Part shown: positions 24,981-38,544 of the stretch, one piece after another | Layout of the letters: every line of letters starts with the position of its first letter | Position numbering within the stretch: the stretch's first letter is position 1 | Source of the DNA: Klebsormidium nitens | Lineage: Eukaryota; Plantae; Klebsormidiophyceae | Length of the DNA: 64,000 bases | NCBI GenBank assembly: GCA_000708835.1 | Contig: DF236962.1 | Span: 62,001-126,000, forward strand | Direction: 5' to 3' | Position numbers and translations under genes: made by a program | The notes under the pieces: generated by a model | The model's database searches: none | Seen by the model: the letters and a program-made list of their open reading frames with translations, nothing else | What the model was told of the DNA's origin: nothing

Positions 24981-27900
24981 TTACCTCGTTTCCTTAGCTG
25001 ACTCTTCGTTTTCTTTACTCTCCGGGGCCACTTCACGAGCAGAAACATTTTCAACAACATCAGCATCGATTTCCACCGTCTCAAATTCACTAGAGTTTAC
25101 ATCTGGAAGAGACACCTCCTCTCTAGAACCCGCATCAAGGACGTCTCCTTCACCCGGCGCCTTCACCGGCGGCTCATTCGATGCATTGTTCAGCTCCACC
25201 TTCTCCTTCTGTCCGACGTCCAGTATATCCCCTCCCCCAGGTTTCTCTACCGGAACCCTTGATGGTGCGCTTGAGCTTGCGCCTCCGTCTACCGAGGACC
25301 CTTCTGCTCTCCCCCGACCACTCGTGCTCTCCCCCGCACTGCGACCCGCAGCTGGTAATCGGGACACCGTTGTCGTGGCAGCCCCGGAACCGCTCAACCC
25401 CGGGAGGTGGTCCGCAGAGCTGCTGCGCACCTTCTCGATCGCTTCATGCACTCTCGCCGTATACGTCTCCTGCAGGTTCTCGTCCTGGGGGGGTGCGTTT
25501 TCCCTACCCCGGCTATTTGAGCGGGTGGTTTTGGAGGGGGGAAGAGGAGGGGTGGCAGACCTGCTGGGCGGTTTGCTGTCGGGTTTGCTGTTATCGGCCT
25601 CGGGACCGGGGCTGGAGTTTGGGAGATCCCCCCGGAAGTCTTTGAGGCCGTCCGACATCCCGCTGAGCCCCCGGTTATAGTCCTTGAAGCGCAGGAACCA
25701 TAGCTGCGGGACACGTGGGGAGATTCTAAACGCAGTCTTGCATGTGTCCGTGCGATCCCCACACATGCGTGGCTTGGATGGCAGCAATGGCATCCGACTA
25801 GAACGTTCACTAGAGTCTGTCATCTAGCGCCGCTATCAGACAGCGGGGAAGTCCAAGCGAACTTTTTTTGCACGAGCATCGGCAAAGTCAAAGAAGAGAA
25901 TCATCAAAAGGTGCACACGATGTTCTGTTCAACGAGAAAAGGAATTCCCTCGTCCAAAGGAATGCGGACGGAAGGGAAGCATCAGCAGAAAGCCGAAGCC
26001 TTCCACATCGTGTTGCTGAAGAGAAAAGTCATCAGTTCTGCCATTCAGGCACGCTTCCGGAACGAACTTACCTCGTCACCATTTTTAAGGGAGACCTTGA
26101 TGTACCGCTCTTGCACCAGGGGCTGGCTCCGGAGACCCTCTATACCAGTCACCTCCACCCAGGGAACCACCAACTATAAATTCCCAAAGGGAGCGAACAT
26201 GTAAGCGAAGGAAAGGCGCTTTTTAGACATGTAAAGTAGTCACCCAGGGGACATCGAGATTTCCAATCGATTAACAATATCGGAAGAATATCGGAAGAAG
26301 CATACATTCTCAGCATTAGCCTGCTATGGTGAAGCGCGACGGGGTCAAAATTGAATCACATCAGTGTCGTAGAATTTGCCGTGCAGAATGTCACGCAGGG
26401 GGCTTCACTAAAGTGCGAAGATGGCACGAAATGGCACGAAATGGCACGAACGTTCCAACTCGCTTGCAAGCCTTTGACCTGCCCTGCATTCGTGAATGAA
26501 AAACGCGCGCTTCTACCGGGAAGGTGCAGGATGTGAGACTGATGAAGCGACCCCGTGACCTTCGAATTTCCATACGGCGTATATGCAAAAACTTGACCTG
26601 CAGGAAAGTCGTGTTAACGTACTCTCACTGCTGCCAAATCGGGGAGCTAATCTGGATCCCGCAAACTGCGTAGCGACTCCAAGCAGAAAAACGAGAGCGC
26701 GCACCTTGTAGGTAGCCTGCTCGCTGTGGCCGTCCACGGTTGGATAAGCCACGGGCTTGTCGGAGCTGAACGCTATGCTTTTGTTGGATTGGTAGACAAC
26801 GCCAGGCAGCGGTCCGGCTTCGGTGTTCAACGAGCATGCGTAAGCTGCAAAGGAAAGCTCAAAAGTGTCACTGCCTCCTTCTGCGAGATTGAACATCTCG
26901 CAAAACGGTTTGTGAAGAAGCAATCCCAAAGAACGCGCTGCACCACTGGCCCGAAAGCTGGACGGACCCTCTCGACGATCCTCTTTCGCAACAGGCGGGT
27001 TGCCAAATCAAGACAAGTTTTGCCCGTACACTGTAGGCGATCTTCGCAGGAAGTCAGTCTTACCAATCTCGAGCTCCTCTTCCGGCGGTGCGTTGAAGTG
27101 CTTTCTCCAGAACGACTCAAACACCTCTGGCGTGATTGCCGCCACTTCAGCTGCATGGTAGACCGCAGGAGGTTTCAGCAGTTGCAAAAAGAGGATGAAC
27201 AAACAAGCGGATAGCGAGCTCAAAAGTTACGAGGCTCGATTACTCTGATCGATTCTGTCTACACGACGGCACGTTCGAGTATGGAACGACGACTCAGCAG
27301 CCAAGACACAGCAGAAAAAGCGTGCCGATACCTTTGAGAAGGTGAGAGGCGGCGGCAACATCTAGACTTAACTCCGGTCGTTTCGTTTTCCTCCAGGTGC
27401 GAGTCAGGCAAGAACAGAAGAGGCCCCGACATCTTACCTGACGCTTGCTGGGCGCTCTCGACCATGGCCATGACACGGTCCCGGCGGCGCTCGCCGCGTT
27501 TGTACGCATTCTCGACGCTGGTAGCAATACGGCCGAACGTCCGGCCCATCTGAAGAGATGATTCAAACAAGCTTTCAGCAACCAGAAGCGGGCAACACCA
27601 GCTCAAAGTTGACGCCTTCCCTCGAAATTCCTTCAAGCCCCAAGACTGAAACCGTGGGATCGTGTCACCAGGCAATGCTGAAGGGGAGAAATACGATGGA
27701 TCGAGAACCAAAATTGTACTATATCTCAAGGTAGCCATCAATGCACTTTAGCCTGTTGCAGGTGCACGAAGTCGCGGCACCTGGCCCGAAAATCGAGTAC
27801 AAAGCTTTCAGCACCATGCAGAATTTGGAAACAGGAAAAGCTACCGGACACCCAAAACGACATGGTGATTTGCCAACAAGATAAGCAGTGTGCAAGCGGA

Positions 27901-30154
27901 AGCCCCACCTCTTTGGCATATGGTGTCACGCTCTGGAACCAGCCCCCCTCCTGCTGGTCTCTGCCCCCGCCTGGCTGGGCTGTGGGATGCTTCTTGCCTG
28001 AAGACGAGACCAGCTGCCACTTATTCACCAAAAGACGGTGAAGTTGTTCGTACAAGGCACCAGCATATGCAGTTCTGCCTAGCTTCGACCTACTTCTTTA
28101 GCTCAATAATCAGGCAGTATTGGCGATCCATGACAAATTGCAGGTGATGCCAGTTCCTTCTCTCAATGTTAGGTCCCATGCCAAACGGACTTAACCTTCC
28201 ATTGCTTGAGTGATAACTCCCATGTATAGTCAAGTTACCAGGTCCAAGTAGACATGTAGCAACAGAAACTTACCTAAGCCAGAGCTCCGCTGCTGCTGGA
28301 ATGCCACCCACTCCTGGAACATACATAGTCTCATGTCAGACTGTTTTGTAAAATGATGTGCGTGTCACTTATGGCCTACCAATGTGCTGAAACAACAAAG
28401 ACAGGTTTAACAAACTGCATCTTGACATCGTCTTTTGCAATAAGAGTCAAGCCCCGAACAAATCAGGGTATGAAAGCTGGACCGCAGAGAGTAGTTACTA
28501 GCTTGTCGTTACCTGCGGTGACATCATGTCAGGAGTCGGCATCTCGCCCCGCTCCAGCATAGCCAGCCCTTTCTGGTAACCCGTCTCGTCAGATAGATCG
28601 ACCTTGTCAAACTTGCCAGATGAAGACTCGCCATCCAGTGTTTCTGTGTCTTGCAGATCATCTGGGAGACACGTGAGCACGAGGTCAGAGGCAATCCAAC
28701 CTCGTTTCTGATCAAGTTGATAATTACGGCGAACACCACCAAATGATACAAAGAGTCAGGTCCCTGGTGTCGACATGGGACGTCTCTACATGATTGTCTT
28801 CTTCCTTCAGTCTTCAACATCAATCCATCTAGCTGTGGCGGTCCTTCAAGTCCTTCTGTACTGATTCAGCACACGTCTCGGATTCACAGCAGTTTTGGGC
28901 GGCTCGGACAGTAGCGGCAAAATAAGAAGTCCCTGTGACAATGTTTTGGATCCCACTGAGATATGGATGAGCCTCTTGGATCAATCCCGATTGGTTTGTG
29001 ATCTCAATCAGGCATGAAGAGATTACACCATCTGACGAGCACTTCGAAGCGCGCACACGCTCACCAGGTAGTAGCCCCCCCCCTGGTGCCACAGGCTTCC
29101 CAAACCTCAGTACCCCACCTTCCTCTCCTATTGGTTCTTGAATGGCGATCACAGGTGGTGCTTGTCCCCCCCTCATGAGCGAACCAGGCGCCGGGTACCC
29201 CAAGGAGTCAGCATCAGTAGGGGGGTGCAAAGTAGGGGCAGCAGAGGAAGGAGTGTCTGATGTAGCTAGGGGAGGGGCAGGAAAAGCAGGGATGACGGCA
29301 GGACCTGGAGAAACCCCCGTATTCATCAGTCCTGTGATAGATCAGATTGCAAGCAACTAGGTCCCCATCTTCATCCAGAATGCTTCCAGTCTCATACTCA
29401 CACATTAAGTGGCAGTGCACCACTATGCTGCAAGTTTGCTGCACCGCTCCAAGAAACAATGACACAAAACTTCCTAAAATGAGAGTTACGGAAGAGATGA
29501 TTGTACAGAACTTGTGGGGTCGGTGTTCAAAGACTGACTGCATGCTACCAGTATCCTGCAGGCCAAAGCTTCACAATTAGATAGTATAGGATAGTTTGAA
29601 CATTCTTCAATCTGTTGAAATTGCTGATCACAATTGACTAGCGGACAGTATGGGCATAACAAATCAATGCACGCACCTGAAGGAGGAGTTGAGGTGGGAG
29701 TCACTTCAGGAGTTGGCGCATTAGATGCATCTACTGCCTCCTGCCTTTGCTTCAAGGCTTGCGCTGCAGGCGAAATGGGAGGAAGGGCAGCCACGGCTGG
29801 AGAAACTGAGATGCCAGGGGATATAGTCAGTGACGGCCTTCTGCTAGCTGATCCTGGTACAGACTCCTGATCCCCATTTGGTCCTGATCGATCCCCGGGT
29901 GCTCGAGGTCTAGAATCCTTGGACGCTGGGCCATTGCTCTGAGTATTCAAAGTAGCTCCATCCACTGCTTTTGCACCATTTGCATTGCTCAATTGCACAT
30001 TTCCCTCCAAATCGACTTTGTCTTCAGCTGCTGGATTGATGCTGGGACCGTCTCCTGCATGAACGACCATATCGGCTGCAGGTTCGTCCAGCGATACTTC
30101 AGATAGCTCCCCCTCGGGATCCTCCATTGATGCATGCGGCTGCGTCTCTGCCAT
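24981..30154 (-). CDS. GEM-like GRAM-domain protein with long Pro/Ser-rich N- and C-terminal extensions
   Basis: Ten phase-consistent exons: 30154-29677, 29331-29065, 28661-28513, 28313-28274, 27997-27909, 27549-27438, 27150-27064, 26844-26705, 26173-26072, 25703-24981. GRAM core: FWRKHFNAPPEEELEIAYACSLNTEAGPLPGVVYQSNKSIAFSSDKP...TYKLVVP...ERYIKVSLKNGDELWFLRFKDY. Confidence 0.85.
26421..26450. repeat. (ATGGCACGAA)x3 intronic tandem repeat
   Basis: Three exact 10-bp copies. Confidence 0.9.
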
Positions 30155-30465
30155 TATTTGGTGCAGGCAAACAACAATCTGAAGAAATGCAATCACGAAT
30201 TTCAGGACTTCAACAGGTGGTAAGTAAACAGCCTGAGGGCCAGGCTGAGCTGGCTTGGGCAGGGCGATCAGCCGCTGGTTGTATCCATACCAGATTCTGC
30301 CCGGGGTAAATCACTGAGGATTATCCTCAGGTGAGAAAAGCCCGGTAAACACTTCCCCGGCTGCATGAATGGAGCTGAAAATCCCGCCTAGTTGAACACC
30401 TCCCCAGAATAAGCAACATCCTACACTGACAGGCGCTTCTGCCAACTTTTGGCCAATTTGATAAA

Positions 30466-33400
30466 ATGGGAGGGGTTGAGAGCAGCCCTGGCGGGGCGGA
30501 AGACGGCCAAAGCGGGCACAAGGAGGTGGTGAGGAAACGTACTTGTTCTCACTTCTGCTGAAATCGACAAATGCTCGTGTTTCTCATGGGAAAGTGACAT
30601 CGACCTTGTTGCACCACCAATTAGAACAGAAATGCAATGCTTTTGAGTCAAACAGCTTTCAAGCACTGTTTGCTGGTGGCTGAATCAGCAGAACGGCTGC
30701 CCTGAAAGGGCCAGCGTGCTTGGTGTGCTGCTGCCAGATCTCAGAAGTGAGCGCTAATGTCAGATGCCATCTCAACATGAAAACTGCTATCCACGGACTA
30801 ACACCACTCAGGTATCCATACTGCAATTGTGCAACACTCCTCAGCGCCTGAGGTCCCTTAAAGTTCCTCTTTGGTTGCTCGCAGGAACGTGGAGAGGGGC
30901 TTACGAAGCACCCGCCCAGTCCGGATAAACCAAAGGTCCAGTTGACCCATGAGAAGCCCAGCGTTGAGGACTCGGTGGCTGCAAAAATAGTTGAGCAGGG
31001 GGAAGAAATCCTCATTCAGGTGACTCTCGTCTTCTGCACGCCTTTTTCATCGAGAACCGCGTTACAGCGAAGCCAACAGTCATGCCACCTACCTCTGTAA
31101 CAAGAGAGCCTTTGTCCGGTTGCTGTGCCTCGTTTTTCCACCGGCGTCCATCAATACCAGCGCGATTATTGTGATTCCGTACAACGCCCATGGCGCCCAA
31201 TTTGCTTCCCTTATGTATCCTCCCTTGAAGATGATGACACCTCTCTGCATTTTCAGTTGTGTATTTCCTGCTTTTGACTTGGTGCAGGGTTTCAACTGGG
31301 AGTCCCACCACCGTAACTGGTACCAGACGCTGCTCGAGAAGGTGCCAGAGCTGAAGGCTGCCGGCTTCACTGGCATCTGGTTGCCTCCAGCCTCAGACAG
31401 CCTTGCACCGCAGGGTGAGTTTCTGTGGCCAATTTGGGTCGACAACTCTTACACTATAGGATGTGACAACTTGTCGTCTTCCTCCTTTTTAAATTCTTTC
31501 CTTGATCTATGTTATTGTTGCTTGGAAAGAACTGGCGGGAAACGTTGAGGGTTCTCAGAAGTTACTCATGATCAGAGCCTATGATACTCTGCAGGGAGCT
31601 TGGTAGTCAAAAACTCTTGCGAAATTCGTTGCCTCCGGCAGTTTCACCCTGCCGCTACGCCAGTGATACATCCACGACTCAATCTCCGGAATTTGATTGG
31701 ACTTTTAAGTAGAAAGGAAGACTTTTGGCAGCGTTTCTCATTGAATTCTTGCAGGCTACCTTCCAAAAGACTTGTACTGCCTCAATTCCGCCTACGGCTC
31801 CTCCGACCAATTGCGCCACCTTCTCCGCACCCTGAAAGCTGCCGGCATACGGCCAATAGCAGATATTGTTATCAACCACCGGATTGGTTCCGCCCAGGGG
31901 AACGGAGGGCAATGGAACCGGTACGAAGGCATGAGGATGGCTTGGGACGAGACCGCAGTCACCTCGGACAGCTACGGGGGGCTGGTGAGCTTCTGCAGCC
32001 TTTTTGGTGCCAGTTTTGTTCGCCGATCACACCCTCTTTGCAGTCGTGGATCCACGAAGAACTTGTTCACATCTGTTGCAGCATGGGAGGGGAAAAGTAT
32101 GACGAGAAAAACTCCTCTTTCACACTTCGACAAAAGCGGGCATGCAATGTACAGGCTACGAAGCGCCTCCTCTGATCGCTCTTCTTCTGTCATACCACAT
32201 ATTTTTTGGACAGAGCCTTTGAAGTATCTTCGCTGCAGGTCTCGTGAAAGGCAAGCCATAATTGTTCTTTGCGAAGATTCCAAGCAGCTGATACAATTTA
32301 GCTCAACCGGGTTCGTCTTAGCAGAACATCCGTTTGTGCAGGGTAACCCCGGGACGGGAGAGACTTTCGAGGGCGCCCCGAACATCGACCACAGTCAGGA
32401 GCACGTGCAGCAGGACATCACTGAGTGGCTGCGCTGGCTCAAGGACGACGTCGGCTTCTCGGGGTTCCGCTTCGACTATGCCAAAGGGTACGTCCAAGGG
32501 AATGCTCTGGCTGTTGCGCGAAGGTGTCCTGTTTGTTTTTATTCAAAGCGAAGTCAAACAAGTCGGTTTGATGTCGAACCTTTTGCTGGTCTGTTTGAGG
32601 AACGCTCCACTGACGAAGCGACAGGAGCCGGATCAAGGCGACTCGCTGGGTGATATTGGGCCCTATTTCATAGCTCTGCGTCACGGTCTTCCGGTAAAAA
32701 CTGTGTCCACGACACACATCCTTTTCAACGCGGTGTGACTCTGACGAGCCCTCTCGCTTTCAGCTCTGAATGACGACTTCGTAGAGTTTTCTACTTCACT
32801 TTTCCTTCTACACAATCCGACGTCATCGAGACTTCGTTCTTCAAAGCCAGCTCTTTTGAAAAGCAGGAAAGTCACCTAAGCCATAAGCAGCTCGCTAATT
32901 ATAGCTGCTCTAGGCGACAGAAAATCATATCTTCAGGCAGCAGGTTCTGTCTTATTCCCCGTTCACTTGACTGCAACACCGTGTTCTTATTCTGACCGCT
33001 CCTTTGCACCCCTGGCAGGTACAGCCCCGACTTCGTGAAGAAGTATATCGAGGCGGTGCAAACCGACTTCGCCGTTGGCGATTACCGGGATGCTTTCGGC
33101 TATCTTAGGTGAATGCAACACCGTGTCCTGATGTCGACCGCTCTTTTACACCTCTGGTGCAGGTACAGTCCCGATTTCGTGAAGAAGTACATCGAGGCCG
33201 TGCGCCCCGATTTCGCCGTGGGCGAGTACTGGGATGCCTGTAGCTACGGCCCCGAGCCGGAGAGCGTGCTGGAGGCCAACCAAGAGGAGCACCGGCAAAG
33301 GATAGTCGACTGGATAGACGGAACAGGAGGACTGGCTTCCGCGTTCGATTTCACGACCAAGGGGGTGCTGCAGGTGAGTCCTCTTCGGCTCTTGTTCTGG

Positions 33401-35343
33401 TAACATGCTGGGAGCAAACACGTAGAATTTCCGTTGTCCGCTGCTTGATGTCGAGGACTCTGGCCCGGCCGGAAGGAAGCATGTTGACCACAACCGTTGC
33501 AAAAGTCGTAGTCACAGCCGAGTCTGGTCCCCAGGTTAACCAAGCTGTCAGTAATCCAGCCTCCAAGAGAACGGGAGAACCTACATCGCTTGCTCTGCTT
33601 CAAGATCAGACCTTGCCAGCATGGAAGATTCGATTTGACACCTTTTGCGTTTCATGCAATGAGATCATTAAAGCCGTATTTCACTAGACGTCTTGGCATT
33701 GAAGAACCGACGCAGAAGGTCTTCGGCTGTGAACCAGAACGTCGCTCGACGATCCGTTGCAGGGGGTTGCCAAGCGACGACCGAACAAGCCTTAGACGCA
33801 AACAATTGCACAGACAGTACCGTTGCTGCTTCACTGGAAGGACCGCGGCCTATCTGGCACGCAGCTGCGGGTCAAACCACGACTGCTGATACGGACTGTT
33901 CATCGCTACATTGCAGAAATTGAGCACGTTTTCCCACGGTCCTTATCAAACTTTCCGTCCATAAACAGTCGCGTCCTAACCCGTGCATCTGAGATTCCTT
34001 TGCTGCAGGAAGCGGTCAGCAAATCTGAGTACTGGCGGCTGAAAGACGACCAAGGCCGGCCGCCTGGCGTCATTGGGCTGTGGCCCGCGAGAGCAGTGTC
34101 GTTCGTCGAGAACCATGACACGGGCTCCACGCAGGTGAGGTCCCGTCCGCCACAGCTTTGACTTGAGTACACCGCTCACGTCACAAGGTGCTTGCGCTCA
34201 AGAAGGTGCTTACCACAAATTGTATCTAGAACGAGTACGGCTGTTCGATGAAGAACAGAACCGCAATCCTGTAAGGGAAGAGTGATCTGATATTGTTTAA
34301 GGCGAGGGAACGTCAGAGTTCCGATGTTGTCCTGTTCTTGCACCGGGATCGCTTGCAGGTTATTTTATTCAGCTCGAATCCGTTCTGATTGATTATCGTG
34401 TTTCCAGAACCACTGGCCATTTCCCAAGGACGAAGTGTTGCAAGGGTACGCGTACATTCTCACGCACCCGGGAGTGCCCACGGTCTTCTACGACCACTAT
34501 TTCGAATGGGGGGGCGAGATGAAAGCTGCGCTTTCGCGTTTGGTGAGGCATCCCACATCCTTGCTTTTACGTCAGAAGTTTTGTCTGCATGGGTTTTGGA
34601 CTTGACAGGAGGGTTGGTGACTTTCTATGTTGAGTAACTGTGGGCCTGCTGAGACGAAGGCTGATACAGGCAGCATCCAGGGCCCTCAAAAAAGTCTGCT
34701 ACTAAGTCTGCTTTGATTAGCCTCCTGTCAAGACAGGGAAGGTCATGAAACTCAGTTAAGACTTGAGCGCCGTCTAAACACTGAAAGGCCACGGACAACG
34801 ATCTACGTCAATTGTTCGTGCGCACGATTTTGAGGATGGATGATTTCATCGACGACGCAGCTTGTCACAGTGCTTGGGAAGCGTTGCGGGTGTCTGGTCG
34901 TTGGAAGTTTCGATTCTTTGCCTCGACTTTGAGTGGAAGTTGAGAGACATTGTTTGAAAGACATGTCTGTTTAGCTTGATGACCAGTAATTGTTCAACAT
35001 ATCTGTCCGCAGCACTTTTCACTGCAATTGTCAACACTACGATTAAGGAAATTAGCTTCGGAACTTGAGCTTCTGCTTTTTGGATGCAGCTTTTCGGGTT
35101 GAAGTCTCACCGAGATTCTGTCTCTTTGCGTTGCAGATACAAATACGACGACAGCAGCACATCACAAGTCAAAGCACGGTTCATATTCTAGAAGCGGCAT
35201 CTGTTTATGTTGCCGAAGTAGATGACTGTACATTGATGAAGCTTGGAAAAGAGGATTGGGCACCTCCAGATAATCAGAAATGGTGTTGGGTACACTCAGG
35301 AAGAAACTACTCAATCTGGACGAGAGAGAAAAAGCCGCCCTGA
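30466..35343 (+). CDS. AMY2: Alpha-amylase, GH13 plant AMY2-type
   Basis: Exons (30466-30528), 30764-30811, 30885-31019, 31288-31414, 31755-31984, 32342-32487, 33163-33373, 34009-34134, 34408-34542, 35137-35343. Motifs [48 protein letters not shown]. First exon is tentative. Confidence 0.93.
33019..33108 (+). other. Duplicated 90-nt partial exon of AMY2 (potential in-frame cassette exon)
   Basis: [29 protein letters not shown] versus [24 protein letters not shown] at 33163. Flanked by gcag| and |gtgaat; phase 2 at both ends. Confidence 0.75.
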
Positions 35344-36155
35344 TCTGTCACCCAATGCTAAGGCCTCTACTTCTGCTCGTGGTGTTTGGGTTTCTCCTGC
35401 GCAATGCTGTTGAGCTTCTGAGTCTTTATAGCTCATCTTAGGTTCGCGTTCGATAAGATTCTGGTTGACTTGGATCTGCTAATGATGCACACTAGCGGCC
35501 ACCTTCGCGATAGGAGTGGCCGCTTGTCTCCACATGGGGATGTGATGTTGTGGGATTCGAGACGTGCAACTCATTGAGCATGCAACGTGCGTTAAAAAGC
35601 ATGCCAATACATGATGTCATGACGATCAATATGGTTCTTTTCACAATGATGAATTCTGCGCGAACGTGATGGATGTGCCGTTGGCCATAGTTCCAGAGTA
35701 ACATTACGGCTGTCCCTTCACATGCTGATGAAAGAATGTCGAAACCACATTGCAAAGACGTGTTGTGCATAGTTCTGACGGTACTGCTTTTATGCTTTTG
35801 CTGACGACGGGCCCTGGCCCCGCATGCCAGCATGCTCCCCGAGTCCTATTCTGAGGGAGTTCCCTCGTCTGTAGCCGTCCGATAAGATTGTCTTTATCGG
35901 ACGTTGCATCTTGTACAGCGGGTCACCATCAAGAAAACTTTTGAGGAATCGTACGGTTCCTTTTCTCCAGCTGTCCATCAACGGCATCACTACACCACCT
36001 GGCTCTAGCTAAGAGCTGCACAGTGCGGCGGCGCAAACCAAGTAGAGCAGCAGATCATGGTGGTTGCATTTCGTGCTGTTTAATTAGGCGCATTTCGTAT
36101 AGCCCTAGGGGTCCACAAGCTTCCTTTTTTGAACATCTGAACGTGTTCAGGCCCA

Positions 36156-38544
36156 ATGGTGCCATTTGACCTTCACATTGGGGGCCACTCTATCCCGGGG
36201 CAGCAGCTTCTGCCTGGTGTGGACCCAAGCACCCTCACAACTGGCAGCTTGAAGGCATTGCTGGGGCTGAAGCTTCACGTCCCTCCCAGGAATATTGTGC
36301 TCAAGCTGGGGGGGTGGCGGCCCCTTTCCGCAGACGAGTCTGTCCAGGGACTTTATCACCTAGCAGCGGAGACAATTGATCCCGAAACTCGCCTCTTTGA
36401 CCCACCTAAGGTCGTCTTCAATGTGGACACAGGACGCCTCTACTATCGTCAGGGCGAGGGAGCTGCGAAAGTGGAGCTGAACGATGAAGAGGGTCTGGGG
36501 GCCAACTTTGTGCTGGACAAGCTGGTGTTTCACCTGAATGTGAGTGGCGAACAGCATTTGGAGTGTAGGGAAGAGAATCTCAAACAGAACCTCTGAAGTA
36601 GTTTGCCTGAAGAAGACTGCTTTGAGGGTTATAGAGCAAGCAGACGGATTGTACTTACCTTCGCTTGTTAAGACCATGCGTGCGGGCATTGGCTCTATCT
36701 CCTTTGAATGTCCCACTGAGTCTTGGGGGTTCATGATACACAACGGGATCAGAACAAAGTGTTCATGATGCATCAGGAGTTTGGAACCGATCAATGACGC
36801 TAGATTCTCAACTTCGCTAAGCGTCGGAGAACTTTGGGCCTAGGCCAACATTAGTGAGGGCTGGTGGCCATATGGAACGCTGTTCAAGCGTAGGGGATTG
36901 AGTAGGCTTGCTCTGGGGCTGTCCTTGACCCTCTCTTATCTAAGAAGTTTGGCAGGATTTTAGGCGGTTTTCTATGGATTGAAGACATGGCAGTCAGCCA
37001 ACGAGAAGATGCCTCCTATGTATCAAGAGACTGTACAGCGTCGTCATCTTGTATTTCAAGGTCATAAAGTACAAGATTATTATCCTGAAATTGTGACATC
37101 AAAGCTGTTACAATAACAAGGTTCGTTCCTTATTCTCCATTCCGAGATCCTTTCAGCAGTTAATGGAAACCAACCCATGGCTCAGTCTTCTGGTGCCACT
37201 AACGCAGATAATTGAACCGTCAGACTCGCTGTACCCGCACTAGATCCCCACTCACATTCCCCTGGATAAGCCGATCCATTCTGCTCCCTCATAACCGTCA
37301 CCCCGCACCTGTTGCAGGTCAAAGTGCGACCTCTTCCAGAGGAGATTCTACCAGGTGGAGGAACCATCATCGCACTTCTCCTGGGCCTCAACAACGCCGT
37401 TGCGCGCCAGTTCACCTTGATCACGATCACCAAAAGCACCACGATTGGGGACCTGACGTCATACATCTCTCAAGAAGTGGGGGTCTCCCCGAGCGACCTG
37501 CTCCTGCAAACTGGCAACGTCCTCCTCGACAAGCAGAACGCAAGCGACACCTGCTCGCAGGCGGGAGTTCAGGCGGGGTCTGTGATCATTGTCCGATGCC
37601 GCGAGTGGGGGCACATAGTGCTGTACTGCAAGACACTCACCGGCAAAACGCTGATTCTGAGATGCTCCGGTGAAGACACGGTCAGCGAGGTGAAGAAGAA
37701 GATCTACGATCTGGATGGTTATCTCCCAGACCAGCAGCGGCTGATCTTTGGCGGGAAGCAGTTGGAGGATGAGCGGACCCTTCAGGAGTACGGCATCCAG
37801 GACGAGGACACGATCCATGTGGTGCTGCGGCTGCGGGGGGGCATGCTGCACTGCTCGAGTGAGTCTGATTGAACGTTGAGGTCTTTTCAGATTGTAACTT
37901 GTGCTGATAATCTTTTGTAGCAGAAGTTGTAAGAAAGGTGTACCTTCAGGCAACATTTTGTGGTGTCTGGGTGGCCATCTTTCAGGCGACGCGTGTCGTT
38001 TGTTGGAGGTCTACAGACCTTGTCTCAAACTCGGCTGGTATCTGTTCCGATCCTTCCGGACAATCTGGTGACATCGAAGTGTCAAGATAGGGGGATTCAA
38101 CTAATCAAGCAAGTCGGACAGAGCCGGAGTTCGCCGTCAAGTTACCACGCCACTTCACTAAAGGAGCGTCAAGGGGCCAGTAGACGACCCCACTTTTGAT
38201 CAGCGTCAGCTTGCTGCTAAGAAGGCCATTGTGCAGAAATCACTGACAATTGACGCGCAAGTGATTTTGGCTTGGCTCTCTGCGCAGGTGGCCGGATCGA
38301 TCTTCAATCTCTGTGTAACATGACAACGGAACTGGAGGTTGGGATGGTATCCGGCGGAATCTGCATCGGTCATCGGAATGTCCGAGTGGACAGAGCAACG
38401 GAAGCTGGTCAAGTGAGCGCGGCACTGGCGGAGCTTCACAACGAGACACAGAGAAAGGTGCGTGACCTGGAGGCGATGAAACGGGAGATCGAGCAAGCGA
38501 TCGCAACTCTGAAGCAGAATGTTTACCGTGAAGGATCTGCTTGA
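36156..38544 (+). CDS. Multi-UBL/ubiquitin fusion protein, copy 1 (LRLRGG, K48 retained), ~393 aa
   Basis: Exons 36156-36539, 37318-37858, 38288-38544 (phases 0, 1). Ub domain CKTLTGKT...[19 protein letters not shown]...VLRLRGG followed by MLHCSSGRIDL. Confidence 0.85.

Noticed and set aside
35492-35990. Minus-strand ORFs between AMY2 and UBL copy 1 as a sixth relic or separate gene
   Set aside because: No recognisable family motifs or consistent splice model.
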